DNA of 64,000 nt, from contig JACKGQ010000001.1 of assembly GCA_020631905.1 (NCBI GenBank), positions 229,854 to 293,853 on the forward strand. Direction: 5' to 3'. Numbering within the stretch: position 1 is the stretch's first letter; each line of letters starts with the position of its first letter. Both the position numbers and the translations under genes were made by a program. Below, piece by piece: positions 1 to 7,281 of this stretch. Source of the DNA: Candidatus Nomurabacteria bacterium (GTDB lineage Bacteria; Patescibacteriota; Saccharimonadia; Saccharimonadales; VXPC01). The notes under the pieces are model-generated. The model saw nothing but the letters and a program-made list of their open reading frames with translations. It was not told where the DNA came from and did no database searches.

Positions 1-6
1 TTAGGT

Positions 7-1359
7 ATGAAGAAGGCGGTCAAACAACTAGCCGAGAAGGCGCTACGTGGTGGGCTTTATAACAAAGTGGTTTTGCCGAAACACTATGCGAACGCCGTCG
101 CCCAAAACATCAAGCACGGGTTTCCGGCCCGCCGGCTCAAGGTAATTGGTGTAACCGGTACCAATGGTAAAACCAGCACCTGTTATTTAATCCATAGCAT
201 GCTACTGGCAGCGGGCTACAAAGCTGGCCTAATGACCACGGTGGCTTACGGAGTGGGTAAGAATATTCAGCCGCAAATTCACCACATGACTAGCCAGCCG
301 ATTGGTCTGCTGCTGGAGCGGATAGAAAAGATGAAAGCCGAGGGCATGGACATCTTAGTATTAGAAGTCACCAGCCACGCCTTGGCTCAGTTCCGCACCA
401 TGGGTGTGCCGTTCGATATTGCGGTAATGACCAACGTCACCCACGAGCATCTCGATTACCATGGTACTTTTGGCGCCTATCTGGGGGCTAAACTCAAGCT
501 GTTTAAATTGGCCAATCGGAATAAGCACGGGCACCGGATTGGAATAGTTAACGCCGACGACGAAAACGCCGCTGTTTTTGCCGATGCGATTGAAAATGTC
601 CTGGCTTATACGCTAGATCCTAAAGCAACAGGTGCTGTCGCGGCGCCGCGCAAGCTCAAGCTAACCCCGCGCGGTAGTACCTACGAAACCGAGATCAAGG
701 GAGTCAAACTTAAGCTCAAGTGCAATTTACCAGGCAGTTTTAATGTGGCCAACAGTTTGGCCGCGGCGAGTGTGGGCGTGGCCTTGGGCCTCGAGGCCAA
801 GCAGATCGAGGCAGGCATCGCCAATCTCGACAACGTCGAAGGCCGAATGACTAGGGTCGACGAAGGCCAAAGTTTTGACGTAATTGTCGATTTTGCCCAC
901 ACACCAGATAGTTTCGAGAAGTTATTCAAAGATTTGCGACCAGTGGTCAAGGGCAGACTAATTGCTTTGTTTGGTAGCGCTGGCCGGCGCGACGAATCCA
1001 AGCGAGCCATTCAAGGCCGACTAGCCGGCAAATATGCCGATTTGGTCGTGGTGACCGAAGAGGACGACCGCGATATCGACGGTACCGAGATTATGAATCA
1101 GATTGCTCACGGGGCCGAGGAGTCGGGCAAGGTTCGTGATCAAGATCTATTTTTGGTACATAACCGCACCCAGGCGATCGAGCTTGCCCTCATGCAGGCC
1201 AAAAAGGGCGATACAGTCATTTTGCTAGGCAAGGGCCACGAGAAGACCATCGAGCGAGCTGTCGGTAGTGGCGGTACTAAAGACCCCGATAACCCATGGG
1301 AAGAGCACCCATGGGACGAGATCGGCACCACCCGCAAACTTCTTAAGACTATAAAATAG
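7..1359 (+). CDS. murE: Mur ligase family protein, MurE-like (UDP-MurNAc-L-Ala-D-Glu:diamino-acid ligase)
   Basis: 450-aa ORF. ATP-binding GVTGTNGKTST, DFAHTPDSFEKLF and GSAGRRDESKR...VVVTEEDDRD motifs match MurE-type Mur ligases. N-terminal domain is short. Confidence 0.8.
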   Translation: MKKAVKQLAEKALRGGLYNKVVLPKHYANAVAQNIKHGFPARRLKVIGVTGTNGKTSTCYLIHSMLLAAGYKAGLMTTVAYGVGKNIQPQIHHMTSQPIGLLLERIEKMKAEGMDILVLEVTSHALAQFRTMGVPFDIAVMTNVTHEHLDYHGTFGAYLGAKLKLFKLANRNKHGHRIGIVNADDENAAVFADAIENVLAYTLDPKATGAVAAPRKLKLTPRGSTYETEIKGVKLKLKCNLPGSFNVANSLAAASVGVALGLEAKQIEAGIANLDNVEGRMTRVDEGQSFDVIVDFAHTPDSFEKLFKDLRPVVKGRLIALFGSAGRRDESKRAIQGRLAGKYADLVVVTEEDDRDIDGTEIMNQIAHGAEESGKVRDQDLFLVHNRTQAIELALMQAKKGDTVILLGKGHEKTIERAVGSGGTKDPDNPWEEHPWDEIGTTRKLLKTIK

Positions 1360-1361
1360 TA

Positions 1362-1390
1362 TTGTAAAATAAGCATAAGTAGTGTATAAT
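1362..1390 (+). promoter_or_regulatory. sigma70-type promoter TTGTAA-N17-TATAAT upstream of G+C-rich ORF A
   Basis: TTGTAA at 1362-1367, exact 17-nt spacer, TATAAT at 1385-1390, in AT-rich DNA directly after the murE stop. Confidence 0.55.
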
Positions 1391-1473
1391 AGTGTTATTG
1401 ATCATGAGAGTGGTCATGAATTTTTGACAATGTGTGAAAAAAAAGCCGCGGTTTTCCGGAGGTGTGTGTTTAA

Positions 1474-2280
1474 GTGGTTTTAACACAGACCCCCGGAAAG
1501 CCAACAGGCGGCTTACTTCTACCCGGGAAATTGATTGGAACTACTACAGCCATGACCATGACCATGACCGACTCGACCGTCAGCACCGACAACCTGCTCC
1601 AGCAGGTTGGTGCCATCACCAGCCACAAGTTCTACGAAGTGGTGATTGGCGATGCCAGGGTCATCCTGGACATCGCAACCATCCACGGGATCGGCAGCAG
1701 GCAGGACGCCAACAACGCGAATTCCATCTGCTGGGCCATCCGCGTGGCCGAAGGCAAGATCAACGCCCTCGAGGGCTTCTACCGCAAGGTGGAGGCCCAG
1801 CTGGCCGCGGTGCGCGAGCACCCACAGAGCGAGCACCTCTACGGGCGGGTCCGCGCCGACATCGACGCCGGCATGCCGGCGATCGGTCAAGAGCTTCAGC
1901 ACCAGCTGCAGTTCGCGCAGGAGAGGCTCTTGCCGGGCCTCGAGAAGCGCCAGGTCAGCCTGGACAAGGCCCTGCAGATCCTGGCGCGAGTGCGCCAGGA
2001 AGAGGCTTACGCCGACTTCGTGGACCAGCGCGGCCCGGCACCGGCCGAGTGCTTCGAGAACCTCGATGTTCTCTGGGCGCATCTCCACGCCTACAGGGAG
2101 TGGAACAGCGTTCTGCCCGACAACCCCGCCTTGCGGCACATGGGGCTCGACCCCAGTGTGACCCACCAGGGTCACCGGCCGCACAGCTCCGCCAGCCGGC
2201 GGGGTGCCGGTCCGCGTGACGACGTCCGCCCGAAGGCCCGCAACCCCAAGGGGAAGCGGGGCAAGGGGAACAAGCAGTAG
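1474..2280 (+). CDS. hypothetical protein, strongly G+C-rich ORF (island A)
   Basis: GTG start 11 nt after GGAGG (1459-1463); alternative ATGACC x3 start at 1551. This frame gives balanced amino-acid composition and G/C-dominated third codon positions. C-terminal tail is basic (KARNPKGKRGKGNKQ). No family recognised. Confidence 0.6.
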   Translation: MVLTQTPGKPTGGLLLPGKLIGTTTAMTMTMTDSTVSTDNLLQQVGAITSHKFYEVVIGDARVILDIATIHGIGSRQDANNANSICWAIRVAEGKINALEGFYRKVEAQLAAVREHPQSEHLYGRVRADIDAGMPAIGQELQHQLQFAQERLLPGLEKRQVSLDKALQILARVRQEEAYADFVDQRGPAPAECFENLDVLWAHLHAYREWNSVLPDNPALRHMGLDPSVTHQGHRPHSSASRRGAGPRDDVRPKARNPKGKRGKGNKQ

Positions 2281-2309
2281 CCGCCAGGCCAGGGCTTAAG
2301 CCAAGGGTG

Positions 2310-2364
2310 GGAGAGGTGCGACAAGTAGGCATTTGTCTACTTGCTAAGAGCGCAATACCTCTCC
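2310..2364. terminator. nested hairpin between convergent genes
   Basis: Outer stem GGAGAGGT (2310-2317) / ACCTCTCC (2357-2364). Inner stem CAAGTAG (2322-2328) / CTACTTG (2337-2343). Lies between the ORF A stop and the stop of the minus-strand gene at 2436. Confidence 0.4.
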
Positions 2365-2435
2365 TGCCCGGGGCAATCAACACACATTGTCACTTCACCA
2401 AAGGTTTTACTAGAAATTTAAAACTTTTGACGAAG

Positions 2436-3293
2436 TTAAAGAGTCAGACTAACACAGCGGATAAAACCACCGCCCTTAACTAGCTCGGTTACGTTCGGAC
2501 TAAGCACGTTGTAACCTCTATCACGTAACTCACTTGCCAGATTATGAGCGTGATTGCTCATAATTACGGTTTTTCCTGTACTAACTAGGTTGCACGCGAA
2601 ACCAGTTTTAGCTTCGTCGAAGCTAACCTCGATTTTATCAATATCTGTTAGTGCACGGATTTTGGCTTGGCTTTCGGGCAGCAAGGCATCCGGGCAATAC
2701 GCGATGGTGTGGTCGTCGATGACCGCAAGCGCAAGATCGAGATCGTAAAAGAAGCTATCTGGCCAGCCGGTGACCGGATTGATGACCGGTTGGTTGTCGG
2801 CACCTAGCTCTGGAATAGCTTGCACACCGATAACAGTTTTACCAAATTCGCGTCCGAGCATGTCGTGCACCTCGGGGCTGGTGCGGTACTGACTACCAAC
2901 AAAAATGTAGTTACCGCAGGGTAGGGCATCGCCCTGGCCACTAAAGTGGAGATCATCTGGCAATTTAACTGTCTCGAAACCAAGCTTTTGCAGCGTTTCG
3001 AGCGCATAGGGCTCTTCTGAGGCGCGTTGCTCTGGCAAATTACTCATGACTGCCTTATCGCCAATTACCAGCGCCCAGTTGGCCGTATAAACCCCGTCTT
3101 GGCTAGTAGGTGGTGCGGGTACTTGAATAACCTCTATACCAGCTTGCTCGAACAAACTTTTGATTTCGGCATGTTCGGCTTGGGCTCTGGCTAGATCGAC
3201 AGGCTTGGAGGCATCCATATGCGAGTTGATCGCGAATCCGTCGTTAAAGTAGTTGGCATCGGACATCAAGACGCGTTGGTTAATCAGACTCAT
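2436..3293 (-). CDS. guanidino-group-modifying enzyme superfamily protein (amidinotransferase/DDAH-like)
   Basis: 285 aa. C-terminal GGGFIRCVSLTL resembles the catalytic-Cys motif of the amidinotransferase/DDAH/arginine-deiminase fold. The size fits DDAH-like proteins rather than ArcA. Confidence 0.65.
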   Translation of the reverse strand: MSLINQRVLMSDANYFNDGFAINSHMDASKPVDLARAQAEHAEIKSLFEQAGIEVIQVPAPPTSQDGVYTANWALVIGDKAVMSNLPEQRASEEPYALETLQKLGFETVKLPDDLHFSGQGDALPCGNYIFVGSQYRTSPEVHDMLGREFGKTVIGVQAIPELGADNQPVINPVTGWPDSFFYDLDLALAVIDDHTIAYCPDALLPESQAKIRALTDIDKIEVSFDEAKTGFACNLVSTGKTVIMSNHAHNLASELRDRGYNVLSPNVTELVKGGGFIRCVSLTL

Positions 3294-3644
3294 AGAAAAG
3301 TAGTATATAGGCCGAAGGCCTTAGGGGCTAGTTTTAAGGAAAGCAAAGCATTAAATCTTTACTAATATTTTCAAGAAAGCAAAGCTTTCCATCTCACTCT
3401 TCTATTTTTGAAGAGACCAAAAACAGAAGCAAAAAAAGTCTTCCCAGCCACCCAAACATCCAGACTATCAAGCTTACAGCTCTTAAATCTGGTAACTTGC
3501 GGAACTTGCTGGCAAAGCCAGCTGCATACAGTCCTCGTTACCATACTTAAGAACTACAAGCTTGCTAATCTCGAGTTTGGGTGATGCTGGATATACAAGA
3601 CCGACAGACATCTAATATCCGAGTTCTAAGATCTATCTCATATC

Positions 3645-3680
3645 AATAAACGAGAAAACCCCGAGCCCCTGAGAGGGCTC
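3645..3680 (-). terminator. rho-independent terminator of G+C-rich ORF B1
   Basis: On the minus strand, stem GAGCCC-TCTCAG-GGGCTC is followed by GGGGTTTTCTCGTTT, directly after the stop at 3693. Confidence 0.55.
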
Positions 3681-3692
3681 TAGGGCTCTCGA

Positions 3693-4127
3693 TCAGAAGC
3701 TCGGGGTAGTTGCCCCAAGTCGACGTCGCTCGAAGCGTCGCCGTTTTCCATGTTGCGAGCCATGCATTTCGCAGGTGTGCTGCGGGTTGGCTTCTGTCAG
3801 CCAGTAGCAGAGCAGAAGCTGCAGGAACTCGCACGACCGTCGTGTCAGCAACTGCTCGGGGCAGTTACGATCCAGGCTGGTCACGTAGTAACCAAAGGAA
3901 TCTTGGTTAACCAGTAGCGAGTGATGAACTTCACCACTCAGATCGGCCAAAACCCGAAGGTCTGGTAGCTGGCAGTTGGAGTTCAGCCGGATGCGAAGGT
4001 AACCACCTGGCGGTGTATACTTGCCGGCGAGACTCACCGTCCGGTTGTCGAAGTGAATGGTAGGAGGTAGGTCGGTAGCAGACATGTCGAGCATTTGGAG
4101 CGACAGTCTGTTGAGGGTCGGGCTCAC
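3693..4127 (-). CDS. hypothetical protein, G+C-rich ORF (island B1)
   Basis: GTG start preceded by AAAGGA. 144 aa with a Cys-containing, Arg-rich C-terminus. Has its own promoter and terminator. No family recognised. Confidence 0.55.
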   Translation of the reverse strand: MSPTLNRLSLQMLDMSATDLPPTIHFDNRTVSLAGKYTPPGGYLRIRLNSNCQLPDLRVLADLSGEVHHSLLVNQDSFGYYVTSLDRNCPEQLLTRRSCEFLQLLLCYWLTEANPQHTCEMHGSQHGKRRRFERRRLGATTPSF

Positions 4128-4161
4128 TTGAGATCCTTTGTTGGCGTGTGGGACGAACGAC

Positions 4162-4190
4162 TATTATGCCAAATTTATTGATAATGTCAA
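4162..4190 (-). promoter_or_regulatory. sigma70-type promoter for ORF B1 (TTGACA-N16/17-CATAAT/ATAATA)
   Basis: Minus strand reads TTGACATTATCAATAAATTTGGCATAATA, in a short AT-rich gap between two G+C-rich ORFs. Confidence 0.55.
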
Positions 4191-4195
4191 CCCAT

Positions 4196-4227
4196 AAAAG
4201 CGGAAACCCCAGGCTACTTGCCTGGGG
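4196..4227 (-). terminator. rho-independent terminator after ORF B2 and its tRNA-like 3' element
   Basis: Minus strand: CCCCAGG-CAAGTAG-CCTGGGG followed by TTTCCGCTTTT. Confidence 0.6.
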
Positions 4228-4271
4228 CGTTGTAGTGCGGAGCGACGGCTCGACGCACAATTCAAAAGGAG

Positions 4272-4360
4272 AAGGTTCGAAGTGGGCGAACCCGGGTTTG
4301 AACCCGGACCGAGGAAACCTCGGTGTATTGGCGGTTAATCCGCCCACTACTCGAAACCTT
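4272..4360 (-). other. tRNA-like structured element (acceptor-like stem plus T-arm-like hairpin plus extra hairpin); not a canonical tRNA
   Basis: Minus strand starts 3 nt after the ORF B2 stop. Acceptor-like pair GTGGGCG/CGCCCAC is extended to about 17 bp. Hairpins are CCGAGG-TTT-CCTCGG and TCCGGG-TTCAAA-CCCGGG (T-loop-like). No D-arm or 7-nt anticodon loop can be drawn. Confidence 0.4.
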
Positions 4361-4363
4361 GAG

Positions 4364-4807
4364 CTACTCCGACATCGCGGGCGGCAGCCCCGCCTCGTGG
4401 GTGGCGTACCACTCACGGTGGGGATCGATCACCCCAGGCTCTTCAGAGTTGTTGCCATCTTCGATCAGGCCGAGACCCTTCGGCCAAGTCCTGATCAACC
4501 CCACGATGGTTGCGATGACCTCCTGCTCCTTCCGGGTTGAGGCGTCCGTGACGGGCGCATCGTGGGCTCCGAGCAGGATTTTCACCGTTGCGGTGTCCGG
4601 GTAGTAGACCCAGTCGTCAGCGCTGATGCCGGCGACTTGACCCATGTCGGCAATCAGCTGGTCGAGGCCGGCAGATGTCAACGGCTGGAAGAACTCGATC
4701 TCGCCGAAGTGACTGTTGGGATGGACTGCAATTCGCAACCAACCACAGCCGTCACCAAGCGTGGTGAGCTCCCTATCCGAACCCTCAGTGAAGGTTGAAG
4801 GTTTCAA
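4364..4807 (-). CDS. hypothetical protein, G+C-rich ORF (island B2)
   Basis: TTG start 5 nt after AGGAGA. 147 aa with balanced composition. Has its own promoter. No family recognised. Confidence 0.6.
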   Translation of the reverse strand: MKPSTFTEGSDRELTTLGDGCGWLRIAVHPNSHFGEIEFFQPLTSAGLDQLIADMGQVAGISADDWVYYPDTATVKILLGAHDAPVTDASTRKEQEVIATIVGLIRTWPKGLGLIEDGNNSEEPGVIDPHREWYATHEAGLPPAMSE

Positions 4808-4851
4808 GGTGTCTCCTTGTAAAGGGCCCGGACTTGTTTCCGAGCTTGGGC

Positions 4852-4880
4852 ATCTTACACAATCTATATCACATTGTCAA
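4852..4880 (-). promoter_or_regulatory. sigma70-type promoter for ORF B2 (TTGACA-N17-TAAGAT)
   Basis: Minus strand: TTGACA (4875-4880), 17-nt spacer, TAAGAT (4852-4857). Confidence 0.6.
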
Positions 4881-4892
4881 ATTTATGAATAT

Positions 4893-5498
4893 ATGTTAAA
4901 AATATATATGTTTATGACTGAAGGAGTCTTAGCCGAACAAAACTTGACCTTACGGGTCGGCTTATTGCTCAAAAAAATTACTAAATACGGCCTAGGCGCA
5001 TTCCAAGATGGCCCCGAATTCTTTAAGCGCTCGATTGAAGATGGCCATGCCGTTGGTAAGTTTGCGCTAAAGGCAAGGCCGGGGGTCAATCTAGAAGCGG
5101 TTAAGCCGGAGTTTCGCATGGTTGTATCAGTCCCAGTCCGCGAAACTGGCGAAATTATTCTGGACGAAGAGACGCTTAATGTTGCATGGTGTAGCTTGCG
5201 CTCATTCCTAACCCCAGAAATAGTCGGTGGCGAACAACGCGACCCTAAAGAATGGGTGGTTAATTCCGGCACCGGCATAACCGATGAACAAACAGGCACC
5301 ACCGACAATGAAATTAAAGATTTATTAGACACAGTCACCGATTCTTCGTTAGTTGTGGCCGGCCAAACCTTGATAGAGGCTCCAGACCTCGAGCAGGAGG
5401 TTATAGCAGCCCTTAATCGTCAGCTAAGCTTAGCTGATCGACTTAATCAGTTGCTGGGCAACTATCTAGAACTGACTAGATTCGACGATATTTATTAG
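4893..5498 (+). CDS. hypothetical protein
   Basis: The long ORF 4716-5498 overlaps ORF B2 upstream, so the likely start is one of ATG 4893, 4908 or 4914 in the AT-rich divergent promoter region. No family recognised. Confidence 0.5.
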   Translation: MLKIYMFMTEGVLAEQNLTLRVGLLLKKITKYGLGAFQDGPEFFKRSIEDGHAVGKFALKARPGVNLEAVKPEFRMVVSVPVRETGEIILDEETLNVAWCSLRSFLTPEIVGGEQRDPKEWVVNSGTGITDEQTGTTDNEIKDLLDTVTDSSLVVAGQTLIEAPDLEQEVIAALNRQLSLADRLNQLLGNYLELTRFDDIY

Positions 5499-5506
5499 TC
5501 TATTGG

Positions 5507-5773
5507 TTAAGAGAGCGAGCAGACAGGTCGACCGTCGTTATCTATAGCTGTATCTGCGAAAGAAGCCATGCTTGGCTCAAACTGAAAAGTATAAGACTGG
5601 CCTTCTTCGTCAACACAGGTAACTCTAACTAGACCGTCATTATCGTGGTGGAATGTTGGTTCACCAATCACCCTACCGTTTAAAGAAACTGTACGCTGCA
5701 GAACTAACGCGACCACCGCATCTATACCTGCAACACGTGGGTCGCAAAGTTCATGCATTGACAAACTACTCAT
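5507..5773 (-). CDS. hypothetical protein (88 aa)
   Basis: ATG-initiated ORF filling the gap between flanking genes, with ordinary composition. No family recognised. Confidence 0.45.
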   Translation of the reverse strand: MSSLSMHELCDPRVAGIDAVVALVLQRTVSLNGRVIGEPTFHHDNDGLVRVTCVDEEGQSYTFQFEPSMASFADTAIDNDGRPVCSLS

Positions 5774-5826
5774 AATCTGTTAAATTTTAACACATAAGTA
5801 ATTAAAACGCAAACGATAAACATCTT

Positions 5827-6834
5827 ATGACTTCACCACTAGATAAAGTTAACGAACAAGACCCCGTGTTAAGTAGGCGGGCATTTGACCCGCTCGAAAT
5901 AGAGTTTGGCGATAAAAACTTAAGACGCCAAGCTTTAAATCTCGACATTGAAGCGCTGAATACATCGTTAGATCCTAATGAAAGAATCGAACTGTTAGTT
6001 GATGCATGTTATTTGATGTTTCGAGATGAGGAACTGGTTGAACGTGCAACTGGGCTAGCCCGTAGTACCATGGATATGGTTGTCGAGAGGTTAGATGTTG
6101 CACTGACTCCCACAGAGCGGCTTAGAATGCGTATGCGTTTACTCGATCTAGGTGAGTTGCACTCACTTGGACTAATCCGTCAAACCGAGCTCGATCACTA
6201 CGATGGTGATAGCCTAGAGGAATTTGATGCGAAGCACACTAAAGCTATGGTCGCTCGTGAGTCTCGATTAGTGCTTTCGGTTCGAGCGGGCATTGATATG
6301 CTGGAAGAAGCCCATAAAGCCCACGAAGCCTCGGAAGCCGAACCGGTGCTACAGAGAGATTTGCGCGGAATGATGTTTGAAGCCCTTGTTATGACATACG
6401 CCAGGTATCTCTTATATGAAGATGAGAACACTCTAGATGGTGTGTTCGGCAGTAGCTATTTTAGCGATAAAAGCTCAGCACACGACGCAACAACTAAGAA
6501 CCACGACATGGTCGTTCGAGATATAGACGGTAATCCAATATCGATCATACAGACAAAAAACTACCATATGGGACATAATCACTACGATCGGCGTATCGAC
6601 CCTGTCGAGGCGCACAATTTTGGACTGTTTATGCGCGAACCCGGTAAATATATACATGCTCTAAGGCTACTTATTGACAATAACCCGATGACATCAGAAA
6701 AGATGCTGGTCGAAGCGAAGGCCCGACTAGAAGAGATTACTGGGCTCAGGGCTCTTTTAGAGGCCCGACGCCAATCGCGCAGGGTGGCCTCGGGTATTGG
6801 TATGGCAGTTGAAGCTGCTGACGTAAGATTGTGA
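5827..6834 (+). CDS. hypothetical protein (335 aa)
   Basis: Long ORF with protein-like composition. No motif recognised. Confidence 0.6.
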   Translation: MTSPLDKVNEQDPVLSRRAFDPLEIEFGDKNLRRQALNLDIEALNTSLDPNERIELLVDACYLMFRDEELVERATGLARSTMDMVVERLDVALTPTERLRMRMRLLDLGELHSLGLIRQTELDHYDGDSLEEFDAKHTKAMVARESRLVLSVRAGIDMLEEAHKAHEASEAEPVLQRDLRGMMFEALVMTYARYLLYEDENTLDGVFGSSYFSDKSSAHDATTKNHDMVVRDIDGNPISIIQTKNYHMGHNHYDRRIDPVEAHNFGLFMREPGKYIHALRLLIDNNPMTSEKMLVEAKARLEEITGLRALLEARRQSRRVASGIGMAVEAADVRL

Positions 6835-6863
6835 TTGACACATTATTAGCACTCGGTTAGTAT
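6835..6863 (+). promoter_or_regulatory. groESL promoter TTGACA-N17-TAGTAT
   Basis: TTGACA at 6835-6840, 17-nt spacer, TAGTAT at 6858-6863. Overlaps the CIRCE operator. Confidence 0.65.
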
Positions 6864-6872
6864 GAGTGCCAG
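6846..6872 (+). promoter_or_regulatory. CIRCE inverted repeat (HrcA operator)
   Basis: TTAGCACTC-GGTTAGTAT-GAGTGCCAG versus consensus TTAGCACTC-N9-GAGTGCTAA, located upstream of groES. Confidence 0.85.
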
Positions 6873-6926
6873 AAACTGCGACGCAGTTTGTTATCAATAG
6901 CAATTCGTAAGAGGGAGTAAGACAGA

Positions 6927-7196
6927 ATGTCGAAATTAAGCATTGTACCGCTAGCCGACTTGGTGCTAGCCAAAAACGACGAAGCTCAGGCCAAGACTGC
7001 CAGTGGCTTGTTCTTGCCAGAAAATGCTCAAGAAAAACCAAAGACTGCCACTGTCGAGGCAGTTGGTCCAGAAGTTAAGGGTATTAAAGCTGGTGATCAG
7101 ATAATCTTTAAAAGCTATAGCACGACCGACATCAAACATGGTGGAGTTGATTACATTTTAGTAAAAGAAGAAGATGTTCTAGCAAAGGTAGGCTAG
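6927..7196 (+). CDS. groES: co-chaperonin GroES
   Basis: 89 aa. Contains the mobile-loop pattern TASGLFLPE... Sits immediately upstream of groEL. SD GAGGGAG lies 9 nt from the ATG. Confidence 0.95.
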   Translation: MSKLSIVPLADLVLAKNDEAQAKTASGLFLPENAQEKPKTATVEAVGPEVKGIKAGDQIIFKSYSTTDIKHGGVDYILVKEEDVLAKVG

Positions 7197-7246
7197 GACA
7201 CACTCAGAATAAGAACTAATAGTAAGAAAGGAGAAGTCTTAGGGCT

Positions 7247-7281
7247 CTAAGATCTAAGCTCTAAGATCCAAGATCTAGAAT
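7247..7281 (+). repeat. heptanucleotide tandem array (CTAAGAT-like, 5 units) in the groEL 5' UTR
   Basis: Units CTAAGAT CTAAGCT CTAAGAT CCAAGAT CTAGAAT end at the groEL ATG. Preceded by GGCTCTA. Confidence 0.85.

Noticed and set aside
1434-2383. Four additional long ORFs overlapping ORF A (1434-2219 +, 1646-2161 +, 1519-2184 -, 1955-2383 -).
   Set aside because: They lie in alternative frames of the same G+C-rich stretch. Their translations are Arg/Pro/Gly/Ala-dominated and low in complexity, which is typical of stop-codon depletion in high-GC DNA. Only the 1474 frame gives balanced composition and a G/C third-position bias.
4272-4360. Calling this element a bona fide tRNA gene (for example tRNA-Leu or a suppressor with TTA/TAA in the loop).
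   Set aside because: No D-arm can be drawn, and the candidate anticodon hairpin has a 5-nt loop. The T-stem is separated from the acceptor 3' strand by extra nucleotides, and the 5' acceptor strand conflicts with the hairpin. The element is kept only as tRNA-like.
3643-4604. Overlapping ORFs in island B (3643-3834 -, 3710-3910 +, 3931-4416 -, 4148-4540 +, 4323-4604 +, 4562-4798 +).
   Set aside because: Same GC artefact as in island A. They cross the promoter, terminator and tRNA-like elements and have Arg/Pro/Ser-rich compositions.
1425-4885. TGACAATGTG-type inverted repeats flanking the G+C-rich islands (1426-1437, 2386-2397, 4871-4885, 4170-4190) as terminal inverted repeats of a mobile element.
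   Set aside because: At two of the four sites (4170-4190 and 4871-4885) the shared sequence is a TTGACA -35 box with correctly spaced -10 hexamers, serving the adjacent minus-strand genes (promoters 4162-4190 and 4852-4880). No correctly spaced -10 was found for the copy at 1426-1437, and I did not check 2386-2397. No target-site duplication or transposase is present at any site.
7247-7281. Heptad arrays (here and at 32084, 33436 and 59783) as CRISPR or other spacer-containing arrays.
   Set aside because: The units are 7 nt and directly abutting, with no spacers, and no cas genes are present. They are microsatellite-like tandem repeats.
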